Origin: Thecamonas trahens ATCC 50062
Taxonomy: Eukaryota > Protista > Apusomonadida
Length of the DNA: 64,000 nt
Direction: 5' to 3'
Assembly (NCBI RefSeq): GCF_000142905.1
Contig: NW_013657677.1
Coordinates: forward strand, 609,527 to 673,526
The notes below the pieces were generated by a model. It saw nothing but the letters and a program-made list of their open reading frames with translations, did no database searches and had not been told where the DNA came from. Each line of letters begins with the position of its first letter. The stretch's first letter is position 1. Positions 9,258-21,575 of the stretch are shown piece by piece. The translations under genes and the position numbers were made by a program.

Positions 9258-11601
9258 TCAGCTGTCGACGTTGCGGGACTCGCTCATAGCGGCGGCGGAA
9301 AAGGCGGCGGATGGGAACGAGCCAGTATCGTTGTGTGCAGAAGAGTCGTGCGCAGCGTTAGCTGCGGATGAGGTTGGCTGGAGAGGGACGTTGAGCAGGC
9401 CGTCATCGTCGTCGACCGAGCCGGAGAGCTCGTCAGGCGGAAGCTCGGCGTATCCGTCGTCGTCGTAGGTGACGGTTGCGGCGACGGGCTGGGCGGACAC
9501 GGGAGTAGCGACCGGAACAGCGATGGGGAGACCCGACTGCGAGCCGTTGTAGGTGCGGAGCGGCGCGTTTGAGGAGGCAAGGAGCGACGAGGCCGCGGGA
9601 GTGTACGAGCCCTGGGCGCCGGCAAAAGAGAGGGCGACGGCTCGATTTTCGTCGAGCGGCCACGAGCCGACGGCGACGGTGAAGACAAACATGGCGCGGA
9701 GGGCGAAGAAGAAGAGAAAGGCAAACGAGGTGGTGGGGCGGAGGTTGCCTGTGAGTGCAGCAAACGAGATGCAGAAGAGGTAGATGGCGGTGACAGCGGA
9801 GAGGACCGAGTAGCGGCGGTAGAACGGCATGGTGACCCGGATCTTGATGCCTGCGAGGACAACGACGACGAGGGTGTAGACGAGGGTGACGACCCAGAGG
9901 AGCTCGACAACAAAGACAAAGGCAGCGTACGCGTGGTTGCCGTTCCATGCGCGGACCGGGTCGTTTGCAAGCTCGGCGTTGACGAGGACGACGGTGAGCC
10001 ACATGAGAAAGGCGAGGAGGGTGACGATGACGGCCTTGGGGAGGTAGAACCACCATCCGTGGGCGCGGAGGGCGGCGGCTTGCGGGCCGTGGGCGGCAAA
10101 GACGGCCATGGTGTGGAAGCGGCCAAAGGTGATGAGGACAAAGCCGAGGACAACGGCCTCAAACTGGACGACAGTAAAGGCCGAGAGCGCCGAAGTGAAC
10201 CAGTTGTGGACGATGAGGTCAAAGGGCATGAACGGGTTGGAGTAGATGACAAGCGAGAGGAGGAGGACGAGCGCGGCCCGCTGCTCGTACTGCCAGTAGT
10301 AAACGGTCGAGCCGGAGAGGTCGGCGCCCGGGTCGAGGCGGGTGAGGACCGGCGAGTAGCGCGAGATGTAGAAGCCTGAGACCCAGGCCGGGAGCGACTT
10401 GAAGCCGCCCTTGACGAGGATGAGGCAGACGAGGAGGGCGATGGTGACGATGGCGTAGACAACGCGGGCGGTGATGGAGAGAACAGTAAAGGTGGCGTTG
10501 ACGGTGGTGAAGAGAAAGTGGATGTTGGCAATCCACTCGGTGTCGACCAGGGCGTCGGGCATGGAGATGACGACCTCGTACGACGACGAGTCAATAAACG
10601 GCTCGAGAATGACGAGGAGCGAGTCGCACACGGGCTGGCCACCATCGCATACCAGGTTGAGCCCGTGCTCGAGGTTGCCGCGCATGGGCTGGTAGACGTT
10701 GCCGGCAACTTGCTTCAACAGCTGTACATCGAGGTCGTAAGCCGAGTACTCGCGGGCAACAAGGTCCTTGGACTCGAACCCAAGCTCAAGCGAGAACAAC
10801 TGGTTGAGCTCCGAGAGGCCGTCGAGGAAGCGGGTAAAGGTGTCATTCGAGGTGAAGACCGGAATGCAGCCGGCGCATGTCGACGGCGAGCACGTGCGGT
10901 TCCAGCGGTCGAGCGGGCAGTCGAACGCGTAGTCGCCGGTTGTCTCGAACACGTCCGGGCCGAGGCCGCCGATGAGCATCGAGATGCAGAGGATGAAGAG
11001 GGCGGCGGACGAAGCGATGAGCCAGAACCGGCGACCGGCGTGGTCCATCACCATGTTATCGCGGAATCTGTGCAAGGTGTGGGAGAAGAGGGTTAGTGGT
11101 GTGCGTGTCTGTGCCGGCCCGCGTGTGTCGGCCCGCGAGCGTCGATCAGATTCGTGTCGATCAGTGTGTCTCCCACCAGCTCGCGTGTCCGACCGCCCCC
11201 AACCCGTTGTGTCTGATCAGTCTGTTGTGCCCGACCGCCCCCAAACCGTTGTGTCTGATCACTCTGTCGTGCCCAACCAGCCCAACCAGCCCAACCAGCC
11301 CGTGTCCGCCCAGCCCAACCAGCCCAACCAGCCCGTCTCTGCCCAGCCCAACCAGCCCGTCTCTGCCCAGCCCAACCAGCCCAACCAGCCCGTGTCCGAC
11401 CAGCCTAGCCTAGCCCAGCCCACACAGGCCTCCCCTCCCTCCTCTCCCCTCCCCTCTCTCCCCCCCTCGCACGTGCGTTCTCCCCTCCCCTCCCTCCCCC
11501 CCCCCCCCCACTCCCCCCCACACGTACGCAAGCTGTGCGGTGGCCCGGACCAGCACAGACGGCTGCTCCGCGCCTGCTGACGTCGTTTCCTGACTCTCCA
11601 T
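9258..11601 (-). CDS. TMEM181: TMEM181 / Wntless-like multi-pass membrane protein; exons 11601-11528 and 11067-9258
   Basis: WQYEQRAALVLLLSLVIYSNPFMPF resembles recalled TMEM181 W..EQKW...LL.LL..YNDPFFP. N-terminal TM ends in GP, followed by a Cys-containing luminal domain and about 7 more TMs. The phase-2 intron GTACGT(11527)..CAG(11068) joins in frame. Confidence 0.75.
11189..11420. repeat. Intronic repeat: 42-bp unit x2 (11189-11272) followed by a (CCCAACCAG)n-type array
   Basis: ccgaccgccccc..gttgtgtctgatca.tctgt.gtgc occurs twice, followed by many cccaaccag/gcccag units. Confidence 0.9.
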
Positions 11602-12084
11602 GCGCTTGCGCCTTGGCGTCGAGTCTACCACCGTCGTACCCGTACTTGTCCTTGTCCTCGTGCTCGACGGCGTCGCCTCGCCTTCTTTGGTTGCGAATGG
11701 CGTGCGACGGGGACGGGCACGGAAGCCATGCCCGACAACGTGCTGAGGACACACATCATTTGATGTCACTCCACAAGTTGCATTCGGCCGAGCCACTATG
11801 TTTGTATTGAAAAGCTCTCCATGATGATGTCCCACGCCACTGCGATCTGCCTCCCACGCTCCCACTGCGTTTGTAGGTGGCCGTGCGTGCAGGCGAGCGT
11901 ACCATCACCACCGCTATCAGCACCATTGGCACTCGCCACTCTGTCCCTCTGACCGCCAACTTCGCCATCACGATTCATCGCTACCGTAGGTGCCGTGCCG
12001 TATGTGATGCATGATGGCCCTCTGGCATACGGTGCCATTCGTGGTCTCGGGCAGGGGCCACACCCGTCTCTCTCCGCCTCACCC

Positions 12085-14750
12085 ATGCGGGTGACGGTAG
12101 CTGCAGCATGGCAAGCCGATCACATCGCGAGCGTGCTTGTACCCCAACCGCCGTCTGGTTCTTGGAGCGACTTTACCCGTACCGTCAAGGCCAAGCTTAA
12201 CCTCCCCGCTGTATGTACTTGCGCATTCTCCTTACCCGCCCCAGCAACCTGTCCGTTGACTGACTGCCCGAACGGCCGTTGGACGGCTCAGCTGCGCTCG
12301 CACTCACACGCCATCAACTCTGCGTAGGACACCGACATTGTCATCCGCACAGCAACTGGCGGCCAAGTCGATGCGCTGCAGCTTCTTTTGCAAGGGGATG
12401 AGCTTGTTGTCGACCGCATCCCCCGTCACCGCCGTCGCCGCTGCCCGACAGTGGTGATGATGACGACACTCCGGCTGGTGTCAAGGACCACCCACGAGTC
12501 CCACCCATTGGCCTGCATCTAGACGAGCTGGTGACACAGCGGAGCGGCAAGTCACCACGGAGAACGCCAAGACTGCTGAGACCAGGCACAGTTAACGCCG
12601 AGGGCTCTGGCGTCTTTGCCAAGTCGGTCCGCTCGCGATCCGGAAGGGCCATCTACCGGTGGCGGGGTAACCTGAGCTTCGATCCGCTCTGCGAGGCTGT
12701 GCTCGCAGCCCACTTTCAAAACAACCTCACTCGCCTCGCCTCGTTTACTCGCGCATCGGTCTCGGTCGCGCCACTTCCCAACTCGCCATCGTTCCATATT
12801 GTCCTCCGCTCGCGGGCGAAGAACACCTCCGACTTTCGCGTAGTCCGCCACGCCACCAAGGCTCCGGCTACTACTGCAGTTACCGACGCCGATTCGGGCC
12901 CACGCCGCGGCGTCGGACTCGCCGGCCATGCATCTTATGGCCATCTCTCATTCCGGGTCAAGCTCGCCTGCGCAGAGTGGTCGGCTGTCGACGCGCCGCT
13001 CTTCTTTGATGGCTTCCTCCTTGCCCTCCACCACCTTGCCCGGCCCGAGACGTATGCTGTTGAGCCAGCGACCGACGAGGTGGGCATGTCTGGCAAGCGG
13101 CTTGATCCCCGATCGACAACAGCACACGGAGCTACGCCCACGAGACAAAGGTTAACGCCTTCGTCCTCCCACCCACAGGCGCACTCGACCTCAGCCTCGA
13201 CTACCTCAACAACGAAGGCGTTCAACTCCAGTACCAGCCCGCCCACGAGCGGTTTGTGACCGTTGAGATCCCGGCCGGCCACAAGTTTGTCCTCCACGGC
13301 GCCTTTGTCCGCCCGCAGACCCTTGTCAACTCGGCTACCGGAGCCATCGCCACCATCCCCACCTCCATCTGGGTCGGGAAGGACATCGGCCCGCTCGTCG
13401 GTCACCGCGCCTTTGGCCCGCACGTCGCCCCGCAAGATCTCGAGCTCGATTGGAGCCAGCTCCTCGACTATGAGTGGGGCTCACACAAGAAAGGCTCCGA
13501 GCAGCTGCGACAGGCGACCCAGCGTGGCGGCCGGGCCGGCACCCATCCCTCTGCCCTTCGACCAGTCCGGCTCTCCATCAAGCGCAAGTACTACGGTCCG
13601 GCTACACTCACCTTTTACATCGTTTCGGGCGCCGCTACTCTCGACGGCCGCATCTACCAGCTGTCGGAAAAGTTCCTTCGCCGCCAGGCCCGTCGATCCG
13701 GCGCCCTCGCCGGTGCAGGTCTGCACGACATGGACGGTCTCCTCCGCATGCGAACCATGGCCGAGCTCTCAGGCCTCACTGCTCTCCGCGGTCAGCTCGA
13801 GTCGCTTGACGCCAGTACTCAGGACGCGCTGCTGGCCTCGTCGGGCGTAGGCCTCAGCCGAGATGCGATCGAGTCCCGCTACGCCGAGCTCGCCACCATG
13901 GCCCGCTCCCTCGGCGCCTCATCAACCGAGCTCGACGCTGCCACTGTTGTCCGTGGCGCCTTGGCTTCACCAGTCAGTATCACCAAGGCTCGCGTTGTCG
14001 GCAAGTCGCGCGCTGGTGTCATTACCCAGGTCAAGCCGCGCAGCCGTAGAGCCTCGTCATCCGCTCCCTCGGCCCCGCGCCACACTCGTCGCAAGCCCTC
14101 GGTCCGGTTCAAGACCCACACCGCAAGCCGGCTAAGACCCGGCTCCCCATCTCGCGTCGCCGCGCCCGCTCGGCACCCCCTCTCGCCGCAAGCACAACAT
14201 ATTCCGCACCATCACTTGGTCCGAGCATCCACAATGCGAGGCGTGTAAGTACTTTGCCAAGCTCGAGGCCGAGCGCGTGAGCAAGCGCCCGCGATCGGCG
14301 CCGCCGGCAAAGTCGGCTCACAAACGTGCCGCCATCGATGCTCTTCATGGCTCCACAAACGCTTCGATGCACCACGCGCCCAATGTCTTTGTCCTCGACG
14401 ACAACGACCACCTGCTGCATCTCGAGCACTCGCATCCAGTCGAGTATCCAACGCCCGATCTCGACGAGCTCCTCGCCACGCCAACAATCATGACTCCGCG
14501 TGCCGTCCGGGCTAACACCGCGACGCCCTGGCGCCAGCCCGATCCCGCGCCCACCCCTCGTCCATCCTCCCCACCGCCGACACGGCCGCGAACCACGACT
14601 GCGTCGTCATCCTTTGCCACCACACCCGCTCCGGCCTGGACCCGCCTCCGTCCCGCTATCGACTCGGACGATGACGTCGCCGACGCCACCCCGATTCGCG
14701 GCGGCAACCGCTGGTCTCATGATCCCAGCACGATAGCCCACTACATGTGA
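12085..14750 (+). CDS. Hypothetical protein, possibly with an N-terminal ubiquitin/doublecortin-like (KHA-like) domain; 2 introns and about 2 apparent frameshifts
   Basis: Phase-0 introns 12211-12327 (GTATGT..TAG) and 13080-13150 join ORF pieces. G.VDALQLLLQGDELVV resembles KHA/DCX-like motifs. Frame changes near 12420 and ~14150. Confidence 0.5.
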
Positions 14751-14926
14751 GCCAGTGGCAATGAAGCCCCCCCCCCCTCCCCCCTCCCCCCCCCCCTTTG
14801 CCGTCCTCGCCTACATCTGTTTTCATACCCACAAGTCCACCCCCCACTCCCCGGCCCCGCCAAGCTCCGCTCGGCCGGCGGCAGCCGAAACCGAAAGTCG
14901 TCAGGTCTCTCTCATTTGATTTCTCC

Positions 14927-16161
14927 ATGTCTGAGCAAAAGGTAGTGCGGCGCAAACGGAGGGGACGTCGGAGGCGAGGAGGAGAGCGGGGAGGGGAAGA
15001 AGTTGAAGCTGAGCCTTCCTCTGGTGCTCCCGAGAGCTATAGCCGCCATACACATACCGAGCATAATAACCATGACTCTCTTGTTCCTCTCTCTGACTCG
15101 GAGCACACCAGCGCGGACCATGACGGTGGCCATGGCGAGTCCCGTCGGAGGAGGAGGAGGAGGAGGCGACATGACGGCTGGGACGGCGACGACGAAGATG
15201 ACAAGAAAGACCACAAGAGCCATACATCAGCATGTACAGACGACAGTAGAAATGCTAGTGGGGACGAGGACCTCGCCGATGTCTCTACCCAGGAGCCGCA
15301 TGTCGGTACCGTGCTGGAGCCAGAGTCCGACTCGGCAACTCGCCCAGGGCGGTCAAGCCTCTCGCCGCGTGACCCGCTCCCGCCTCGCAGACGGAGGAGG
15401 AGGAGGAAGAAGAAGAAGTCTCAAATCGGTGCTGATGACAGCTCGGACGAGATGCTGATGGAGGGCGGGAGGGTCTCTCCTGACTCGGGCGTCGGCGATG
15501 CCCGGCCGATAGACGATGACGGTGTCGAGATCCTGCGCTCGACCTCAACCCGCCGTCGTGCTGCTCGCCGTGGAGACGCTATGACAGAAGAAGTCGAGCA
15601 AGATGGTGGTGATGAACAGCATGGTGGCAATGCCGCGGCAGAGTCGGGGCAGAGGAGGCGCAAGAAGCGTCGGCGGTCGACGAGCCGAAGCCGTGACGCA
15701 TCGAGCAGCAGAGATGGCGCCGATGATCAGGTCGAGGACGACGAGTCGGTCGATGCCGAGTCTGGTAAGCGGCGACGGCGGCGACGGCGACGGCGACATG
15801 TGCGGCGGCAGAATGACTCGTCGTCGCACGCCAGCGGATCGACCGGCGACCTGCCGCCGGACGTCGCGGCGAGCCTGGCCGACATCGATGAGTCTGACGC
15901 GAGTGGCGAGCGAGTCTACGCCGTGGCTCCAGGCATTGTTGTGGCGCCGACGGCGTTTAGACCGACGCTGGTCGAGTCCGAGTCATCGGACGAGGTGGAG
16001 ACACCCGAGCACGCCCATGTCGCTGTTCCCGACATCGAGCCTGACCACGCCGCCACCATCGCAAGCTACAACGGGAGCCACGCATCGACGTCGTCAGAAG
16101 AGACGTCGTCGGAGGAGACCGGGTGCAGCGAGCCCGAGCCAGCAGCCGAGGTGGCTGACGA

Positions 16162-16197
<36 letters not shown>

Positions 16198-19100
16198 AGA
16201 CTCGGACTCGTACTCGTACTCGTACTCGTACTCGAGCGGTGAGCTCGCGCGGCGGGCGCGGCGGGCCAAAGAAGACGCTCTTTTGGAGACACTGGGTCTT
16301 TCGGAAGAGGCGCTGCGGCGGTACGCGTCGGCGTTCCGCAAGCTAGACTCGACAAACGACCGGTACGTGACCGTCGATGCGGTCCGCGACTACGCGGTCG
16401 GGCATGGCTTTGCACACGACCCGGAGCATGTCCAGCGTGTCTTGCACCGGCTCCACACCAAGGTCGACGCAGCGTCTGACGATGGCAAGGTCTCGTTTGT
16501 GGAGTTCTGCCAGGTGTTTGAGGATGCGGCGCGCGCCAAGTTCCGTGTTCTCCACGAGGCCTTTAAGCTCCTCGACAGCGATGGCGACGGCGTGGTCTCG
16601 GAGAAGGATCTCATTTCGGTCCTCAGTTCGCTCGGCTATCGGGGCGCACCCAAGGCGACCATGGGCTCATTTGGCACCATCGACGCTGTGCGGCTCGCCA
16701 TGAACAAGGGCATCACGTCAGACCGCGGGCTCTCGGTGCTCACGCCGGTCGAACGTGCCGAGCTCCTTGACTACCTTGAGGACCACTCGTCGCGGACAGC
16801 CATCGACTTTGCCGAGTGGCTCTCAGCGCTCGGTTACTCAGGCCAGGTCTTTGACGACGCGGAGCTCGAGCCGCTGCCAGAGCCGCAGCCGTCTGGAAGC
16901 GAGGGCGCGACCGGGGTGCTCACGCCGGCCGGCGAGCTCGACGACCACTACGATGACGACCTCATGCGGCTGTATGAGCCGGCGACCGACTCTCCAGTCT
17001 CAGGCCACTTTCCAGACGCACCCGGGCGTGTTCGGGCCTCCACCGACGGTGTCGAGCTCGTAGTTGTCGCCTTTCAGCACCCGTCGTGGCCCAACGCGAC
17101 GCTGCGTGCCCGGCTGAGCGACACCGTGTATGTGGTGCGGCGGCAGGTGGCCGAGGCCTTTGAGCTGGACGTCTCGCGGGTCCGGCTCTATGCGCCCAAC
17201 GGGTTTCACATGAAGGACCCGGCGCGGACGCTCGCCTCCTTTGGCATGCGCTCGCGGCCGCCGTCCAAGCCTGATCCTGACCAGCCGCAACGGTGGCGGA
17301 CGCTGACACTGCTGACCGGCGCGCCAACGAGCCCGCTGCCACGGGCCGAGGCCTTTGAGGGCGGCGAGTTGAGCGCTCCGCGCATCGACCCCCTTCTCGA
17401 CTGGTTCCTGCAGGGTGGGAAGCTCGAGGTTGCCGACGCATTTGCGTTGCTTGAGCGCACACGCGCGCTGGCTGCGTCCGAGGCCAACGTTGTGACAGTC
17501 CACGAGCCGCTGGTTGTGGTCGGCGACTTGCACGGTCACCTGTACGACCTGCCGGCGCTTGTGGATGCATCCGGAAGTCCCCAGGCTGGCTCGCTGGACA
17601 GCTTGCTGCGCTCGGGCGTGTCGATGGTGTTCCTTGGCAACTATGGGACGCATTCGACTACGTCGATCGAGACCACGCTGGTGTTGTTTGCAGCCAAGGT
17701 GCGATACCCGGAGCAGGTGACGCTCTTGCGCGGGGCGATGGAGTCTGGCGAGGCTGCGACCGCGCTTGGGGTCCGTGACGAAGTGCTTGCCAAGTACGGC
17801 GGGGCCAAGGGCGACGACGCAATGGTGTTTGACGCGCTGGTGGCGACGTACGAGGCCCTGCCGGTGGCGGCGGTTCTCGAGTCCGAGTCTGCGGGCGTGC
17901 GGCTGTTTGCGTGCCACGGCGGGCCGGCGTCGAGCCTGCCGAGCCTCGAGTCGGTTGAGAGTGTGAATCGTAGCGACGATCTGGGGACTGGGCGCTCGGT
18001 CATGACGTCGCGGCTGCGCGAGCTGCTGTGGAACGAGATGGCGAGCGAGGTGTGGACGGCGGAGCTCGCGGCGTCACGGCGGTCGTCGAGCCGGTCGGTG
18101 GCGTCGCTGACGCTGACGCACGCCTCGCCGTGGGTCCAGCGGCGGGCGCCGGCCAACGACACGGGCGGCATCGACATTTCGCAGCCGTCACTGATGTACA
18201 ACCTCGCAAACCTCGGGCCGTGCACCAGCTACGAGATCTCCGGCGGTTTGCTGGAGAGCTACGGCAAGGACGCATTCCGACCGGCCACGCGATCGGCGGT
18301 GGCCAAAAAAGTCAGCCACCGTGCGGTCAACTACTTTCTGGCGACGAACTCGCTGCTCGGCATGGTGCGGTCGCACTACGTCCCGCGGCGGCGCGGGTAC
18401 CAGCTCGGCAAGCCCGGGCCCTCGCGGGCGTTTCCGAGTGTCATCTCGCTGCACTCGGCGCCGAACCTCGACGACGCTTTTATGCAAGAGGGTGCGGTGC
18501 TGACGCTCCGCGCCGGCGTGCTCCAGCTCAAGCCATTCACCTGGGCACCACATCCACTGACGTACGGACCCGAGAGCGCGCGGCGGGCTGGCGTGGCGGT
18601 CGGGGCGCGGCACTGGGCGCTGGAGGACTTTCAGCAGTTCCTCCTTGCCTCGTACCCGCGGGTGTACAAAGAGCAGCCGTTGTGGGTCGGGCTCGAGCGT
18701 TCGGACTGGGTCAGGACGTTCCTCGAGGGCTCGCTGGCGATGAACGGGACGCTGATCGACATGGAGGCGCTGCAGCCACAGTCGTCAGCGTGGGAGTTCC
18801 TCCGAGCGCATGTAACCGACATCCTCCGCGCGTCACCGGACCCGCGCGTTCGCGAGCTGTACAAGCGCCGGCGCGGCGACATCTCCGACTGGTACCGCGG
18901 GTACGACTTTTTTGCCGCCGCCCTCCACGAGCACGCCAACCTCAACGTCGACACCGAGGCGCAGCGCGCGCGTGCCACCGGCGCACCCGACCACGAGCCT
19001 TACCTCCGTGAGCTGCTTGCTGCCGGCGCCCGTGGCATCATTACCCAGGCACAGTACGTGGCGGCCAAGGCGGCAGCGGCTGAGGCGCGCAAGGCTGCCA

Positions 19101-19288
19101 AGTCTGAAGCCGGCAGGGCGGCCAAGGTGGCGCGTGCAGCGGCCAAGGCAGCGGCTAAGGCCGCAGCGGGCGCATCCTGCGGTGGCGGCGTCGGCGACGC
19201 GGTCGGCGATGGACCGGGCGCGGGCTCAAACTCGGATTCAGAGTACTACTACGACGACGACTACGACGACTTTGCGGCGCTCGACTAG
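14927..19288 (+). CDS. Fusion: disordered basic/acidic N-terminus + EF-hands + ubiquitin-like domain + calcineurin-A-like PPP (pseudo)phosphatase
   Basis: EF loops DSTNDRYVTVD, DDGKVSFVEF, DSDGDGVVSEKD. UBL-like SDTVYVVRRQVAE..VRLY..RTLASFGM. PPP motifs VGDLHG, ACHGG, RSH, and FPSVISLHSAPN..FTWAPHP. Confidence 0.85.
16162..16233. repeat. Coding hexamer array (GGCTCG)n grading into (TACTCG)n, encoding GSGSGS-DSDS-YSYSYS
   Basis: Direct read. Similar NNCTCG arrays occur at ~44720-44830 and ~46408-46452. Confidence 0.9.
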
Positions 19289-19321
19289 CGCTAGCGATGT
19301 AAACGCAGTGTGCCGAGCTAT

Positions 19322-20269
19322 TCAGAGCTTGGACTCGGTCCGGGTGGAGAACCAATGGGCCATGGCGATGAGGAGGGCAATGACTGGCTTTGCGGTTGCG
19401 ATGGCGTCCATCTTAGTGATGCGCGGATGAGGCGAGCCCTGGGATGGGAGAGTGTACATGAGCCAGGTCAGAAGCAGCTGTGCTGGCTTGTTGTGCGGGA
19501 AGAGCGGGTGTGTGGTGACGTGGAGGCGCGGCCAGTCGTCAAAGGCCTCGTCGAGGATGTGAAAGAGGTCGATGACCATGCGAAGCGAGATGCCCCAGAG
19601 CATAGGCCTGGCCTTGTCAAGAACATACCGCCCGCCTACCAGCGCGAGCACTTGTGCGCCGCACGTGTGGAGGTCGAGGCGGCCAAAGAGTGGGGCGTCG
19701 AGCCCGGCCTCGCGCCAGAGCGTCTCCGGCAGCAGGTTGTCGACAAATGCAAAGATGGAGAGCAGCGGGAGTGCAATGTGCGAGACGGCATCGACGTTGG
19801 TGAGTGCCGTGAGCGGAACAGAGAGGACGGCGCGGACCTCGGACGGCTCGAGGACCATGTCGTCGACAAGCCGGGCAGCGGGGAGGCCAGAGGCAAAGAC
19901 CACAGGCTCGATGTCGAGGACGACAGGCGCAATGCGTCGTGAGTGAAAGACGTGGACTCGCGGGAGCGGTCCGAGACAAGCAAACGCCGCCGTGTTGCTC
20001 AGATCAAGCCCGATCTCCTCATACGTCTCGCGGATGGCGGTGGCGGTCGGCCCGGCGTCATCGACAGACGTCCGTCCTCCGGGAAACGCCACATGGCCCG
20101 ACCACGCATCGTCAGGATTGTCGGCGCGGACGATGAAGAGTAGATCTACCGACGCGTTGCTAGCAGCGGGAGGGCAGAGAATAAGCGCGACAGCTGCAGT
20201 CGGAGCCGAGCTGGGGTTAGCGACGGAAGCGGCGTTGAGCGCTGCGGCGAGGTCGGCAAGAGGCCGCAT
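19322..20269 (-). CDS. Nudix hydrolase, CoA pyrophosphatase (NUDT7/NUDT8/PCD1)-like
   Basis: LLFIVRA..WSGHVAFPGGR..AIRETYEEIGL Nudix box, EV..V and LWGISL motifs. Confidence 0.88.
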   Translation of the reverse strand: MRPLADLAAALNAASVANPSSAPTAAVALILCPPAASNASVDLLFIVRADNPDDAWSGHVAFPGGRTSVDDAGPTATAIRETYEEIGLDLSNTAAFACLGPLPRVHVFHSRRIAPVVLDIEPVVFASGLPAARLVDDMVLEPSEVRAVLSVPLTALTNVDAVSHIALPLLSIFAFVDNLLPETLWREAGLDAPLFGRLDLHTCGAQVLALVGGRYVLDKARPMLWGISLRMVIDLFHILDEAFDDWPRLHVTTHPLFPHNKPAQLLLTWLMYTLPSQGSPHPRITKMDAIATAKPVIALLIAMAHWFSTRTESKL

Positions 20270-20380
20270 GGCGAGACGAGTGTGCGCGAGGACGACAGGA
20301 GGGGCAACGGCGTGTTACTTTGCTCGAGCGGGAGCACGGGGAGGAGTGGCAGCAGTAGTAGTAGCAGAAGCGGCAGTAGC

Positions 20381-21575
20381 CTACGATTGTTCTGCGGCGG
20401 CCATGCGCTCGAGGCGGCCCTCGAGGATTTTGAGAGCAGTCTGGCGGCGGCGCTCGGCAGTTACGACGTCGGAGGACGCACCGGGATCTGTGGCGGCAGG
20501 GACCAAGGGCGGCGAGATGTGGCTCGAGGTGCCGTTCGCGGTGGCGTGGCCGGGAAGGGACGGAGCTGAGCCATGGGCGTGGGGCGCGAGGTGGAAGAGC
20601 GAGCCGGCCGGGTCTGTGGCAGCCTGGTACTCGCCGGTGGAGTCGACCATGGAGGCGCGCGGGGTGCAGACGGAGCAAGCGACGAGGGCGCGGAAGAGGA
20701 TGGCGCCAACAGCCGAGAGCGCAGGCTGCATAGCGTCGGGGAAGAACGAGGCAAAGGCAAACGAGTCGGAAAAGTCGCCGCGGACGCCGTTGTCGTGCTT
20801 TTGGTAGAAGCGGAGGTAGGTCCATGCGACAACGACGCCTGCGGCGCCCTCGACAAGGGTCAGCATCGAGTGCGAGAAGAAGGCGGCGTCGAGGATCTTG
20901 AAGACCAGAAAGGCGGCCGGGAGGTGACGAGCGCGAAGGCCGGACCCGACGACGACGGCGGGAGAAACGAGGCAAAAATGGGAATGGGCCGCTCGGGGAG
21001 TATCTGCTTGAGGACGACAGCGAGGGCGCCGGTGCCTGCGGTAAAGCCGCCGAGGAGGGCAAAGAGCATGGACTCGTTGCCGACGACGGCGTAGGCAAAG
21101 ACGACAAAGAAAAGGTGACGACGTTGGCGAGCGAGGGGATGATGACGACAAAGCGGATGAACTCTGTGCGGCCCCAGAGCTTCTCGGCGACGCCGCCCAT
21201 CACAAGCATGGCGGTAGCGTCGACGATGGCTCCCACAAGCGAGTGCTCAATCCACGGCGCCGTCACGAGGTTCCAAACATAAAGATGCGGCGGAATGGTT
21301 CTGCCCGGAATGAGCGCCAGCCAGGTAGCGCCGCCCGAGAGGAGCGAGATCAAGTACGAGAGGAGGAGCCAGCCAGCCAAGCCCCTTGCCGTCTGCGGCG
21401 CACCATCGACCGCTTCACGCACCAATTCCACCAGCGGGCGCGGCGTAGCAGCTGCCGTTGTGGATGCCTACGGGCGTGGTGTGTGCGGGTGGGGGTTTTG
21501 TGAGTACAATATTTTGCAGCGGGTAGGGGGGTAGGGGGGGAGGAGGGGGGCAGGTCAAGGTCGACATACCAGCAT
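20381..21575 (-). CDS. TMEM115: TMEM115 / DUF1751 rhomboid-like Golgi membrane protein; micro-exon ML + intron 21569-21468; two homopolymer frameshifts
   Basis: LALIPG..P..YVWNLVT, EKLWGRTEFIRF, VVLKQILPE, WTYLRFYQ, RGDFSDSFAFASFFP and AERRRQTALKILEGRL are spread over 3 frames, with single-base slips near 21108 and 20960. Confidence 0.85.

Noticed and set aside
11189-11420. Repeat array as a CRISPR array, or as a QPN-repeat protein (ORF 10972-11580)
   Set aside because: No unique spacers and no cas genes; it lies inside a phase-consistent intron.
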